Positions 37,369 through 47,154 of a stretch of DNA of 64,000 nt are shown piece after piece. Under the pieces are notes generated by a model that saw nothing but the letters and a program-made list of their open reading frames with translations, was not told the origin of the DNA and made no database searches. The stretch spans positions 26,280 through 90,279 of the forward strand of contig CAVUDW010000004.1 of NCBI GenBank assembly GCA_963740355.1, in the 5' to 3' direction. The position numbers were made by a program, and so were the translations under genes. The DNA is from an uncultured Gemmatimonadaceae bacterium. GTDB taxonomy: Bacteria; Gemmatimonadota; Gemmatimonadetes; Gemmatimonadales; Gemmatimonadaceae. Position 1 is the first letter of the stretch. Every line of letters begins with the position of its first letter.

Positions 37369-38267
37369 GCGATTTTCACCTGACGCCGCTCCGTGGGTGC
37401 GGCACAGCTCTCGTCACACCATTCACGCAGGCTGGCGAGGTCGACGAAGCGGCGCTGCGTGCCTTGGTCGAGTGGCAGATCACCGAGGGGATCGATTTTC
37501 TCGTCCCCTGCGGTTCGACCGGTGAAGCCGCGACACTCGACCTCGCTGAGCACCTGCGCGTCGTCGCGATCACGGCTGAGACGGCGGCAGGTCGCGTCCC
37601 CGTCATTGGTGGCGCGGCCTCGAATGACACGAAGAAGGCCATTGCGCTGTCGAAGGCCGTGATCGACGCCGGTGCCACCCATCTGCTGCATGCCTCACCG
37701 ATGTACAGCCGTCCGCCGCAGCGCGGCATCATGCAGCACTTCCACTCGATCGCCGAGGCGTCGAGTCGGCCAATCGTGCTGTACAACGTGCCATCTCGGA
37801 CGGCGAGCAACATGGAAGCCGCCACCACGCTGGCACTGGCGGCGCACCCGAACATCGTCGCCATGAAGGAAGCCAGCGGCAACCTGCCGCAGATCGAGGA
37901 GATTCTGCGGAATCGTCCGGATGGATTCTCGGTGCTCTCCGGTGACGACGCACTCACGGTCCAGATGATGGCAAAGGGGGCAAACGGCCTCATCTCCGTC
38001 GTCTCGAACGCGGCGCCACGTGCCATGAGCACGGTGACGCGGGCCATGCTCGCAGGTGACGTCAACACGGCGCATCGCTTTGACGGTACGCTGAAGTCGC
38101 TCTACCGCGCCTCGAGCGTGGAGTCCAACCCCATCCCGATCAAGGCCGCGATGCACCTGATTGGCCGCGCAGCGAATGTGTTGCGCCTGCCGCTCGTGCC
38201 GCTCGCCGACGAACACATGGCCACCGTGCGCGACGCACTCGTGTCCGCAGGAGTTCTTGCAAAATGA
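37365..38267 (+). CDS. dapA: 4-hydroxy-tetrahydrodipicolinate synthase
   Basis: 300 aa with TALVTPF, GSTGEAATL, YNVPSRT and the Schiff-base region VAMKEASGNL. Confidence 0.95.
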   Translation: MSDFHLTPLRGCGTALVTPFTQAGEVDEAALRALVEWQITEGIDFLVPCGSTGEAATLDLAEHLRVVAITAETAAGRVPVIGGAASNDTKKAIALSKAVIDAGATHLLHASPMYSRPPQRGIMQHFHSIAEASSRPIVLYNVPSRTASNMEAATTLALAAHPNIVAMKEASGNLPQIEEILRNRPDGFSVLSGDDALTVQMMAKGANGLISVVSNAAPRAMSTVTRAMLAGDVNTAHRFDGTLKSLYRASSVESNPIPIKAAMHLIGRAANVLRLPLVPLADEHMATVRDALVSAGVLAK

Positions 38268-39130
38268 CCGTGCCGGCAACCTTGCAGTCCCTCGGTGACT
38301 CCGTTCGTGAACTCGCCGCGACCCCTGCGGGCACACCGCTTCCGTCGCATGCGCGCGACGTCGTGACCTCGCTGCTCGATGCCCTCGAGCGCGGTGACCT
38401 GCGTGCCGCAGAACGTGGTGACGATGGTGAGTGGCGGGCCGTCCCGTGGGTCAAGCAGGGCATCCTGCTGTCGTTCCGGCTTGGTCAGATGGTTGACCTG
38501 TCGCCGGGCAGTGGCGCCGGTGATTTCAGCTTCATCGACAAGGACACCATGCCACCGCGCCACTTCACCGTGGCTGACGGCATCCGCGTCGTGCCCGGCG
38601 GGAGCACGGTGCGGCGTGGCGCGTATCTCTCGCCAGGCGTCGTCTGCATGCCGCCGATGTACGTCAACGTCGGCAGTTGGGTGGGCGCTGGCACGATGAT
38701 CGATTCGCACGCACTGGTTGGCAGCTGCGCACAGATCGGCGCCCGCGTGCACCTCAGTGCCGCAGCACAGATTGGTGGTGTGCTGGAGCCGATCAACGCA
38801 TCGCCGGTCGTGATCGAGGATGATGTGATCGTTGGCGGCAACTGCGGCGTGTATGAAGGCACCGTCGTGCGTCAGGGTGCTGTGCTGGGCGCCGGTGTGG
38901 TGCTGACCCGCGGCACGCCGGTCTTCGATCTCGTCAAGGAGTGCGTGTATCGTGGTTCTGCCGATGCACCACTGGTGATTCCTGCCGACGCCGTCGTGGT
39001 GCCTGGCGCGCGTCGCATGCGCGGCGCGTACGCGGAGGCGGAGGGGATCAGCCTCCAGACGCCCGTGATCGTCAAGTACCGCGACGACAAGACCGACCTC
39101 GCCACGACGCTCGAAGCGTGGCTGCGGTGA
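38264..39130 (+). CDS. dapD: 2,3,4,5-tetrahydropyridine-2,6-dicarboxylate N-succinyltransferase
   Basis: 288 aa with WVKQGILLSFRL and left-handed beta-helix hexapeptide repeats (VGAGTMIDSHALVGSCAQIGARVHLSAAAQIGG...). Confidence 0.9.
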   Translation: MTVPATLQSLGDSVRELAATPAGTPLPSHARDVVTSLLDALERGDLRAAERGDDGEWRAVPWVKQGILLSFRLGQMVDLSPGSGAGDFSFIDKDTMPPRHFTVADGIRVVPGGSTVRRGAYLSPGVVCMPPMYVNVGSWVGAGTMIDSHALVGSCAQIGARVHLSAAAQIGGVLEPINASPVVIEDDVIVGGNCGVYEGTVVRQGAVLGAGVVLTRGTPVFDLVKECVYRGSADAPLVIPADAVVVPGARRMRGAYAEAEGISLQTPVIVKYRDDKTDLATTLEAWLR

Positions 39131-40398
39131 GTCCGGTGCCAAGTGTGACGGTGCCGGGTGACAAGTCGCTGTCACACAGGGCGCTGATGTTCGCTGCGCT
39201 CGCCACCGGCGAGAGTGTGCTGCGAGGGGTGTTGCCATCCGCCGATGTGCGCAGCACGGCGGGAGTCCTCGCCGCACTGGGCGTGTCGCTGCCGACGGCG
39301 TGGGAGACGCACGAGACGATCCGGGTCGTGGGCCGTGGACGGCGTGGGCTGCTGCAGCCGAGCACGACGCTCGAGTGCGGGAACAGCGGCACGACGACGC
39401 GACTGATGGCGGGCGTGGTCGCGGGCCACCCGATGCGTGCCACCTTCGCTGGTGACGCGAGCCTGAGCCGTCGTCCGATGCGCCGCATCGCGCGCCCGCT
39501 GACGCAGATGGGTGCCACCTTCTCGTTCGCGGCCGACGACGGGCTGCCAATGACGGTGCAGGGCGGGGCCTTGCGCGACATCGACTGGGTCAGCCCCACG
39601 GCCAGTGCGCAGGTCAAGAGCGCGATCCTGCTCGCGGCGTTGGTGTCGGGCTGTTCTGCACGCGTGCAGGAGCCGACGCGCTCCCGTGACCACACCGAGC
39701 GGATGCTGTCGGCACTTGGCGCACCGATCATCGTCACCGAGGATGCGGTGTTGCTCGACCCAGTCGGCGAGCTGGCGCCACTCGAATTCGACGTGCCTGG
39801 TGATCCCTCGTCCGCGCTCTTCCTGATTGCGAGTGCCGTGCTGCGCGGTGCGCCTCTCGAGATACGCAACGTCGGCGTGAACGACACGCGGATCGGCGCG
39901 TTCGCGGTGCTGGAGCGCATGGGCGTCACGCTGGTGCTCGCGAACGAACGCGAAGTGGGCGGCGAGCCGGTCGCCGACGTGCATGTGGCGCCCTGTGCGG
40001 GATTGCGTGGCGTCGAGATCGGTGGCGCCGAGATTCCCGCGCTGATCGACGAGATTCCCATCCTCGCCTGCCTCGCAGCGCGCGCCGAGGGGGATACGCG
40101 TATCACCGATGCCAGCGAACTTCGTGTCAAGGAAAGCGACCGGATCGCGGCGGTGGTTTCCAACCTGCAGTCGATCGGTGCCGACGCCGATGAACTGCCG
40201 GACGGCATGGTGATTCGAGGTAGCTCGACCCGTCTCGCTGGTCTGGTGCAGACGCACGCGGATCATCGGATCGCCATGTCCTTTGGTGTGCTTGGCGCCG
40301 TGCCGGGCAACGATGTCACCGTTGATGATCCCGCCTGTGTCGACGTCTCGTTTCCCGGTTTCTGGGCCACCCTCGATGCCTTGAGCGGGGCTGCATGA
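39127..40398 (+). CDS. aroA: 3-phosphoshikimate 1-carboxyvinyltransferase (EPSP synthase)
   Basis: VTVPGDKSLSHRALMFAAL, LECGNSGTTTRLMAG, LRVKESDRI and DHRIAMSF are present. The GTG at 39127 overlaps the dapD stop (GTGA). Confidence 0.95.
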   Translation: MSPVPSVTVPGDKSLSHRALMFAALATGESVLRGVLPSADVRSTAGVLAALGVSLPTAWETHETIRVVGRGRRGLLQPSTTLECGNSGTTTRLMAGVVAGHPMRATFAGDASLSRRPMRRIARPLTQMGATFSFAADDGLPMTVQGGALRDIDWVSPTASAQVKSAILLAALVSGCSARVQEPTRSRDHTERMLSALGAPIIVTEDAVLLDPVGELAPLEFDVPGDPSSALFLIASAVLRGAPLEIRNVGVNDTRIGAFAVLERMGVTLVLANEREVGGEPVADVHVAPCAGLRGVEIGGAEIPALIDEIPILACLAARAEGDTRITDASELRVKESDRIAAVVSNLQSIGADADELPDGMVIRGSSTRLAGLVQTHADHRIAMSFGVLGAVPGNDVTVDDPACVDVSFPGFWATLDALSGAA

Positions 40399-41087
40399 GC
40401 CAGAAGCCCCTTGTGATCGCGATCGACGGCCCGGCGGCCTCCGGCAAGTCCAGCACCGCCCAGTGGGTCGCGAAGCAACTCGGCATTCATCATGTCGATA
40501 GCGGCGCGCTGTATCGCGCATTGACGGCCGTGGCGCTCGAGCAACAACCGGAGCCATCGAAGCTGCGCGAGGCGGAAGTCCTGGCGGGCGGCGCACGAAT
40601 CTCCGTCATTCCTGGCGAACGTTCCTTCATCCCGTTGATCGACGGCGTGCGCGACGATGATCTGCTGCGAGGGAGCGACGTCACCGCCGGCGTATCGGTC
40701 GTGGCGCAGATGCCGGCGGCGCGTGCGTGGGTGAATGAACTGGTGCGACAGGCCGCCATCGATCATGCGGTGGTCGTCGACGGCCGTGATATCGGCACGG
40801 CGGTCTTTCCGGACGCCACACTGAAGATCTTCCTCGTGGCGGACCCATGGGAACGGGCGCGGCGTCGGCTCCAGCAGCGGCTGGGACGGGCGCCGGCGGA
40901 CGACGAGATCGCGGAGGAGACGGAAGCGCTGGTGCGCCGCGATGCGGCCGACCAGACGCAGACCGTTCAGGCACGGGACGCAGTCCTGCTGGACACGACC
41001 TACCTCACGCAGGCCGATCAGGTGGCGCGGATCGTCGCCCTCGCGCGCGCCGCACTGGAGCGGGGCAGCGCGTCAGCCGAAGGGTAG
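40395..41087 (+). CDS. cmk: cytidylate kinase
   Basis: 230 aa with IAIDGPAASGKSS, DSGALYRA and GRDIGTAVFPDA. Confidence 0.93.
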   Translation: MSQKPLVIAIDGPAASGKSSTAQWVAKQLGIHHVDSGALYRALTAVALEQQPEPSKLREAEVLAGGARISVIPGERSFIPLIDGVRDDDLLRGSDVTAGVSVVAQMPAARAWVNELVRQAAIDHAVVVDGRDIGTAVFPDATLKIFLVADPWERARRRLQQRLGRAPADDEIAEETEALVRRDAADQTQTVQARDAVLLDTTYLTQADQVARIVALARAALERGSASAEG

Positions 41088-41138
41088 GCAGGGGGGAGCC
41101 GGGACCGGGATCCGTCGGGCGCGGACCCTCCCCCCTCG

Positions 41139-41167
41139 TTGACCCGCTCCGTCAGGCAAACTAGCTT
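41139..41167 (+). promoter_or_regulatory. candidate promoter of rpsA
   Basis: TTGACC (41139-41144), a 17-nt spacer, then TAGCTT (41162-41167), about 95 nt upstream of the rpsA ATG. Confidence 0.5.
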
Positions 41168-41263
41168 TTACGGTTCGCATTTCGCTGGCCTGAAATAGGT
41201 CCCGAAATTCCCTAGCCTCGGCGCGGCGAGCTTACCATCCCGCGAAGTCTTGAGCCACACTTC

Positions 41264-43063
41264 ATGACCGAACCTGAAGTCGAGATGAGTCTCGACGACA
41301 CCACAACCGGCACGGCCCTGACCGCCCGCGAGAAGCGCGATTTGCAGCGCTCGCAGCTCCGGCCGCTTGCCAACCGCCGCCCAGAACTCTACGAGGAAGA
41401 CGAATACACCTCGGAAGATTACGAGCGGATGATCGCGATGTACCAGGGCACGATGGCCTCGATCGAAGAAGGTGAGATCGTCAAGGCCACGGTCATGGAG
41501 ATCCGCGAGAACCTCGTCATCCTCGATATCGGCTTCAAGTCGGAAGGCTCGATTCCGCTCGAAGAGTTCAAGGATCTGCCCGACCTCAAGGCCGGCGATG
41601 TGGTGGAAGTGCTCCTCGAGCATCTCGAGGACCAGGAAGGCTCGGTTGTGTTGTCGAAGAAGAAGGCCGACTTCATGCGCGTCTGGGAACGCATCCGCGT
41701 TGCCTACGAAAGCGATCAGCCGGTCACGGGTACGCTCGTCAAGAAGATCAAGGGTGGCGTGGTCGTCGACCTCATGGGCGTCGATGCGTTCCTCCCGGGC
41801 TCGCAGATCGCGTTGCGTCGCGTGCCGAACATCGACGAACTGCTCGGCCAGACGTACGACTTCAAGATCATCAAGCTCAACAAGCGCCGCCGCAACATCG
41901 TCGTCTCGCGTCGAGTGATCCTCGAGAACGAGCGCGCCGGCAAGCGCGAGAAGTTGATGAAGGAGCTCGAGAAGGATCAGGTGCGGAAGGGCGTCGTCAA
42001 GAACATCACGGACTTCGGTGCATTCATCGATCTCGGTGGCGTGGACGGCCTGCTGCACATCACCGACATGTCGTGGGGCCGCATCTCGCACCCCACCGAG
42101 ATGGTGCACATCGGTCAGGAACTGGACGTCAAGGTTCTCGATATCGATTGGCAGCGTGAGCGCATCTCCCTCGGCCTCAAGCAGCTGCAGGCGTATCCGT
42201 GGAAGGACGTCGCCGCCAAGTACCCGGTCGGTACTCGCGTCAACGGCAAGGTGGTCTCGATCACCAACTACGGTGCCTTCATCGAGCTGGAGCCGGGCAT
42301 CGAAGGCCTGGTGCACATCTCCGAGATGAGCTGGACCCGCAACGTTCGCCACCCGTCAAAGCTGGTCAGCATCGGCGAAGCGATCGAGGCAGTGGTGCTC
42401 AAGGTCGACCCCGACGAGGAGAAGATCTCGCTCGGCATGAAGCAGACGGAGCAGGATCCGTGGGCCGTGTTGCCGCTCAAGTACCCGGTCGGCACGCGTA
42501 TCTCGGGCAAGGTCCGCAACCTGACCAGCTTCGGCGCATTCGTGGAAATCGAGCCGGGTATCGACGGCCTGATCCACATCTCCGACATGTCCTGGACCAA
42601 GCGCGTTCAGCACCCGTCGGAAGTCGTGAAGAAGGGTGATTCGGTGGACGTCGTGATCCTCAACATCGATGCCGAGAACAAGCGCATCAGCCTCGGCCTC
42701 AAGCAGGCTGAAGAGGATCCGTGGCTCCGCATCGGCGAGACCTACCCGGTCAACCTCGCGCTCTCCGGCAAGGTTGTTCGCCTCGCTGACAAGGGCGTGG
42801 TCGTCGACGTCGGTAACGACATCGAAGGGTTCGTTCCGCAGAACCAGATCAATGTCCCGCTGGTGTACACCGAGCTCGACGAAGTCATCTGGGAAGGCAT
42901 GACGCTCGACATGACAGTGAACGAGGTGGATCCAATTCACCGCCGGATCGTCCTGTCGGTGAATCACATCCCGGCCGACCAGCCGCCCAAGCCGGAGCCG
43001 AAGCCGGAAGGCGCCGAGCCGGAAGTCGAAGCGGTCGTCGCAGAAGAGGCCGACGAGGAGTAG
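41264..43063 (+). CDS. rpsA: 30S ribosomal protein S1
   Basis: 599 aa with six S1/OB repeats (e.g. GVVKNITDFGAFIDLGGVDGLLHITDMSW, GKVVSITNYGAFIELEPGIEGLVHISEMSW) and an acidic C-terminal tail. Confidence 0.96.
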   Translation: MTEPEVEMSLDDTTTGTALTAREKRDLQRSQLRPLANRRPELYEEDEYTSEDYERMIAMYQGTMASIEEGEIVKATVMEIRENLVILDIGFKSEGSIPLEEFKDLPDLKAGDVVEVLLEHLEDQEGSVVLSKKKADFMRVWERIRVAYESDQPVTGTLVKKIKGGVVVDLMGVDAFLPGSQIALRRVPNIDELLGQTYDFKIIKLNKRRRNIVVSRRVILENERAGKREKLMKELEKDQVRKGVVKNITDFGAFIDLGGVDGLLHITDMSWGRISHPTEMVHIGQELDVKVLDIDWQRERISLGLKQLQAYPWKDVAAKYPVGTRVNGKVVSITNYGAFIELEPGIEGLVHISEMSWTRNVRHPSKLVSIGEAIEAVVLKVDPDEEKISLGMKQTEQDPWAVLPLKYPVGTRISGKVRNLTSFGAFVEIEPGIDGLIHISDMSWTKRVQHPSEVVKKGDSVDVVILNIDAENKRISLGLKQAEEDPWLRIGETYPVNLALSGKVVRLADKGVVVDVGNDIEGFVPQNQINVPLVYTELDEVIWEGMTLDMTVNEVDPIHRRIVLSVNHIPADQPPKPEPKPEGAEPEVEAVVAEEADEE

Positions 43064-43086
43064 TTCTCGCCTGGCCTTGCATGTTG

Positions 43087-43126
43087 AAAACGGCCCCGCC
43101 GCTCTCGCGAGTGGCGGGGCCGTTTT
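43087..43126 (+). terminator. rho-independent terminator of rpsA
   Basis: AAAACGGCCCCGCC (43087-43100) pairs perfectly with GGCGGGGCCGTTTT (43113-43126) around a 12-nt loop. Confidence 0.85.
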
Positions 43127-43368
43127 GCGTTCACGGTGCCGGAACAGGCGTTTTGCGGTCTGCGAGCGCTCTGGCATTCTGCCACGGAGGCGCGCCGGTC
43201 AGGCGCGAAGTTCAACATCAGCGGTTGACTGCAAGGTGTTGAAACACAATGGTTTACATTCATCCACCTCGAATGGATGGGGTTGGTGAGTGTTTTGCAA
43301 TGACGCGGAGTGTCGACTGCCCAGGATGCCTGCGGGTGCCGATCTCACCGTTTCTCCAGGACGACGAC

Positions 43369-44103
43369 ATGTCCCTCCGGAAGTCCGCGTATCTCGCAGC
43401 AGCGGCTGCGCTGTTCACAGTCCCAGCCTCCGCACAGACGCTGCAAACGACCGCGGGCACAGCGTACTACGCGCCAGCGATTGGCAACTTCTCGACACTC
43501 GGCAGCGATCTTTTTGGGCTGCTCATCTCAGGGCGTTTTGCGGACGGCCAGACCTTTTCGGCCAACTGGGCGGACCTTGGCGGAGGACAGAGTGGTGTGA
43601 ATTTCGCCGGCCGATTCCGCCTTGCGATTGGTACGACCACCAACACATGGGCGAATCCGTTCACGCTCACCGTGTACGGCGCCACGAATACGCTGCAGTC
43701 GCTGACGCTCCGCGGCGCATCGGGACCGGTGATCTTCGACCGCACCTTCGGCAATACGAGCGGGACCGTACAGTCGCAGAGTGGCAGCGACTTCGCCTTC
43801 TCCGGCACCTCGGATCTCTGGAACACGCTGGTCACGTATACCAACGCGGTGCAGATGGTCGGGAGCACTGGGCCCGTCGGCGACATCTACGAGACCATGG
43901 TGGTCGAGTTCCGGAACGGCCTCACCGGCACCAGCACGGGTCGGAACGTCCGATTCACGCAGGACTTCGACAACGTCATCAGCGGCGGTCTGTTGCTGCC
44001 GGTGCCAGAGCCGGCGACCCTGCTCCTGACGGCCGCGGGCCTGTCGCTGTCCTTCCTGTTCATCCGACGCCATCGTGTTGCCGAGGCGCGTCGTAACGCC
44101 TGA
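43369..44103 (+). CDS. PEP-CTERM sorting-domain secreted protein
   Basis: It has a signal peptide from the ATG at 43369 (MSLRKSAYLAAAAALFTVPASAQ). The C-terminus, VPEPATLLLTAAGLSLSFLFIRRHR, is PEP motif + TM helix + basic cluster. Confidence 0.8.
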   Translation: MSLRKSAYLAAAAALFTVPASAQTLQTTAGTAYYAPAIGNFSTLGSDLFGLLISGRFADGQTFSANWADLGGGQSGVNFAGRFRLAIGTTTNTWANPFTLTVYGATNTLQSLTLRGASGPVIFDRTFGNTSGTVQSQSGSDFAFSGTSDLWNTLVTYTNAVQMVGSTGPVGDIYETMVVEFRNGLTGTSTGRNVRFTQDFDNVISGGLLLPVPEPATLLLTAAGLSLSFLFIRRHRVAEARRNA

Positions 44104-44179
44104 CCGACCCGCAGTGCCGTTCGCCGAGTCCCGCGGCGAGCCCTCGCGCCTCGGCGGCAGCTTCGGGTAGTTTTCGGGT

Positions 44180-45496
44180 ATGACTTCATCCGCGTCGCCC
44201 ACTGAATCTCGCGAGCCGAGAATTCTCCTGGCCGATGCGGATGCCTTTTTTGTGGCGGTAGCACGGCTCGTCGACCCCGAAGGTGCCGGCAAGGCAAAGC
44301 TGTTGATCGTCGGCGGCCGCCCGGGAAGTCGCGGCGTCGTCTGCTCGGCGAGTTATGAAGCGCGGGCCTTTGGTGTGCGATCAGGCATGGCGATCTCGCA
44401 GGCGTTGCGGCTCTGCCCGGGTGCGATGGCGGTGCCGGTGCCTCGCTACGCGTGTGGCGACAAGAGTCGCGCCATTCACGAAGTCCTCAAGCGGTTTGCC
44501 CCGGTCGTCGTCGCCGCCAGTGTCGATGAGTTCTACCTCGACCTGACAGGCACAGAAGCGCTCTATCATGGCGAATCACTCGAGTCGACGGCGCAGCGCA
44601 TCCGTGCCGCGGTGATTGCCGAGACTGGCTGCAGCATCTCGATCGGTGGCGGAACCAGCACACTGATTGCAAAGATTGCTGCCGGCGCTGCGAAGCCGAT
44701 TCCAGGGAGCGGTGCGTCTGGTGTGCACATCGTGCCGATGGGCGGCGAAGAGAGATTCATGCGGACGCAGCCCCTCGCCGAAATTCCTGGCATCGGTCCA
44801 AAAGCACAGGAGCGACTCCGCGCGCTGGGTCTCGTACGCGTGCCTGACGTGCTCGACGCCGACCCGGCCACGATTCGTCGCTACCTCGGCGACAAGCTGG
44901 CGGAGTGGATCACGCGCAAGGCGCGAGGCCAGGGGGCATCGGCGTTGCATGGGCGCGAACAACAGAAAGGCATGAGCCGCGAGGACACATTCGACCACGA
45001 CATCTCGGATGATGCAGCGCTCGAGACGGAATTGCAGCGGCTTGCTGTCCGCGTTGTGGCTGACCTTCGTGGCGACGGAATGCGCGCGAAGACCATCACC
45101 GTGAAGATTCGTGAAAACGACTTCACCACGCGCAACGCAAGCCGAACACTCGACGCACCTGTGAGCACCGACAAGGCGGTCTTCGCGACCGCGCGCCTGC
45201 TGCTGCGCAAGCTGCGCTCGCAGCGCCGGAAACCGGTGCGCCTGCTGGGTGTGCAGTTGACGCAGCTCGATGATGGCGATCTGGCTGAACAACTCTCACT
45301 GCTGCCTGACGCGCACGCGGTTGCCGCCGAGACACCGAAGGATCGCGCCCTCGCCGCAGCGGTGGACCGCGTTCGTGCACGCTTCGGTGCGGGGGCTGTG
45401 CAACCCGCATCGCTTCTGTCAGAGGCCGCACCAACGAGCGTCGAAGATCGTACCGAGACCGATGGGCGTCGCGCGGAGCCGCGCCGACGGCACTGA
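44180..45496 (+). CDS. dinB: DNA polymerase IV (Y-family)
   Basis: 438 aa with ILLADADAFFVAVA, SYEARAFGVRSGM and SVDEFYLDL, plus a C-terminal extension. Confidence 0.93.
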   Translation: MTSSASPTESREPRILLADADAFFVAVARLVDPEGAGKAKLLIVGGRPGSRGVVCSASYEARAFGVRSGMAISQALRLCPGAMAVPVPRYACGDKSRAIHEVLKRFAPVVVAASVDEFYLDLTGTEALYHGESLESTAQRIRAAVIAETGCSISIGGGTSTLIAKIAAGAAKPIPGSGASGVHIVPMGGEERFMRTQPLAEIPGIGPKAQERLRALGLVRVPDVLDADPATIRRYLGDKLAEWITRKARGQGASALHGREQQKGMSREDTFDHDISDDAALETELQRLAVRVVADLRGDGMRAKTITVKIRENDFTTRNASRTLDAPVSTDKAVFATARLLLRKLRSQRRKPVRLLGVQLTQLDDGDLAEQLSLLPDAHAVAAETPKDRALAAAVDRVRARFGAGAVQPASLLSEAAPTSVEDRTETDGRRAEPRRRH

Positions 45497-45511
45497 CGGT
45501 TGCGTCGGGTG

Positions 45512-46027
45512 CTAGCGCTGCCGCGGATCGAGAATGCGAACGCCCGCGGACGCGCCGAGGAAACGTGCCGAGGTCCCCACCACTGCCCATCCGTTCACTT
45601 CTGGTCGGAAGATCCCGAAACGCACTGGGGCGATCGTCATCGCGAACTGGGCACCGACACCATGGCGCTGGTAGAACTTCAGTGATCGATCCGCCTGCTG
45701 CCCGACATAGCCGAGCCCAAAGTCGATGCGCATCCACTGCAGGCTGTCGCGTGGGGGGCCGCCGATGACGATCATTGCCGCGTAGCCGTGTGCCCGTGGA
45801 GACAATCCCTGGCGAAGGATGCGAAGCCCGACGCCATCCGTCATTTCAGCACCCACCCACATCAGGTCGCCGACGACGGTGGTACCATCGCCGCTCCGCA
45901 AGCCGCTCAAGCCGAGACTCAACCCGCCAGTGGTCTTGATGCTGTCAATCACCTGCGCGTGCGCCTCTCGTGCATGAAGGCAGGCAAGCGAAGCGACGAG
46001 GGCGAGGAACTGCAACGATTGGCGCAT
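45512..46027 (-). CDS. hypothetical small secreted / outer-membrane beta-rich protein
   Basis: 171 aa from the ATG at 46027. It has a signal peptide (MRQSLQFLALVASLACLHAREAHAQ) and alternating hydrophobic and G-rich turns. It lies 41 nt downstream of the GNAT-like gene on the same strand. Confidence 0.55.
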   Translation of the reverse strand: MRQSLQFLALVASLACLHAREAHAQVIDSIKTTGGLSLGLSGLRSGDGTTVVGDLMWVGAEMTDGVGLRILRQGLSPRAHGYAAMIVIGGPPRDSLQWMRIDFGLGYVGQQADRSLKFYQRHGVGAQFAMTIAPVRFGIFRPEVNGWAVVGTSARFLGASAGVRILDPRQR

Positions 46028-46068
46028 CGTCGGAAGGTACCGGACGCGACGCTGCTCTGCCATCGTGA

Positions 46069-47154
46069 TCACTGCGCCTGGCGCAGCATCGCTGGCCCGA
46101 CCGAGTCCGCGACACGAATCGCCGTCGCCCACGCCGCACGCGCCACACCGCGCACCGTCGACAGGTCGACAGCATGATACTCGAGCACGGGGACACCGCC
46201 GCGAGACTGCTTGAAACCCGGCGCACCGCTGGATGCGTGCAAGCGCGCGCCCGTATCATGTGCGCGCTGCATGGCGAGTAGGCTCAACCGACGGTACAGG
46301 CCAAGCTCCTGCGGCAACGACGTATCGTACCCGAAGACGGGGTTGGTCATCACATCCTCTACTCGGTAGGCCAGATACACTGCCACAAGCCGTCCATCGT
46401 GGACCAGGCCCTCACCCGCGAATACACCGGTGCGCATGGCGTGTGCCAACCACTCGGCACTGAAGCGTGGGTTGAGCGTCGAGTGCTTGTCGCCATACAG
46501 TTGCCAATACAGCGACGCGATTTCGCCGCTGTCGGCCGGCACCAGCTCCCTGTGGTGCATCGGAGCTGACGATGCCATCGCCATGTCATGCTTGATGTTC
46601 CGAATCTTCCAGAACGCGTTACCGCGCGGATCCTGATGAAAGACGAGTCGGCTTGCCATCAAGCAAAGCCCCGCAGCGCGCAGGTGATCGATCGTCGTTG
46701 CCGCGTGAACCTGGTCGAGCGAGCGTACGATAATCGGCGCACCACGAAATTCATCGCGTGCTGCGGCGAGAGCGACATTCCATTCCGCGGCGCTCCGCGG
46801 TGCGTGCAACACCGTTGAGACCGGCAATGCGTCGAGCACGACGATCGGATCGAGTCGGCGAAGCAGCGGAGCCAGGGCCGCCAGCCCGATCCTCGACACT
46901 TCACGTGTCACAGGGGAGGGAAGCCGCCGCGTCTCCTCTGCGGCGTAGTCGAGGTATTGGCCGGTGGCACTCACCACATAACTGTTCCGTGGTGTCGCTG
47001 TTGTGAGCGAGACGCGCCACCGCGCTCCTGAGACATCCAGCCACCGACACTTCGCGTGAATGTTCGCTGCGCACCACTCGGCGCCGTATTGCACCATCGG
47101 CGACCAGAGTGAGTCAGGAGACACGGGTGACGCGGTGGTCATTCCCCGTTCCAT
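46069..47154 (-). CDS. FemAB/BioF2-like GNAT-fold protein (Acetyltransf_6-type), function unknown
   Basis: 361 aa. The C-terminal half (RLVAVYLAYRVEDVMTNPVFGYDTS...YRRLSLLAMQRAHDTGARLHASSGAPGFKQSRGGVPVLEY) resembles FemAB-related/CelD-like acyltransferases, judged by recognition only. The start overlaps the ATP-grasp stop, and an alternative ATG at 47142 gives an ATGA overlap. Confidence 0.62.
   Translation of the reverse strand: MERGMTTASPVSPDSLWSPMVQYGAEWCAANIHAKCRWLDVSGARWRVSLTTATPRNSYVVSATGQYLDYAAEETRRLPSPVTREVSRIGLAALAPLLRRLDPIVVLDALPVSTVLHAPRSAAEWNVALAAARDEFRGAPIIVRSLDQVHAATTIDHLRAAGLCLMASRLVFHQDPRGNAFWKIRNIKHDMAMASSAPMHHRELVPADSGEIASLYWQLYGDKHSTLNPRFSAEWLAHAMRTGVFAGEGLVHDGRLVAVYLAYRVEDVMTNPVFGYDTSLPQELGLYRRLSLLAMQRAHDTGARLHASSGAPGFKQSRGGVPVLEYHAVDLSTVRGVARAAWATAIRVADSVGPAMLRQAQ

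Noticed and set aside
43127-43368. A promoter call upstream of the first PEP-CTERM gene (TTGACT at about 43226)
   Set aside because: The best -10 candidate at 17-nt spacing is AATGGT, and TACATT is too far away. The support is too weak to list it as a feature.
44104-44179. A LexA/SOS box upstream of dinB (and of recN at 27666-27679)
   Set aside because: No CTGT-N8-ACAG or GAAC-N4-GTTC type palindrome is present. The LexA motif of this lineage is unknown to me, so absence is not conclusive.
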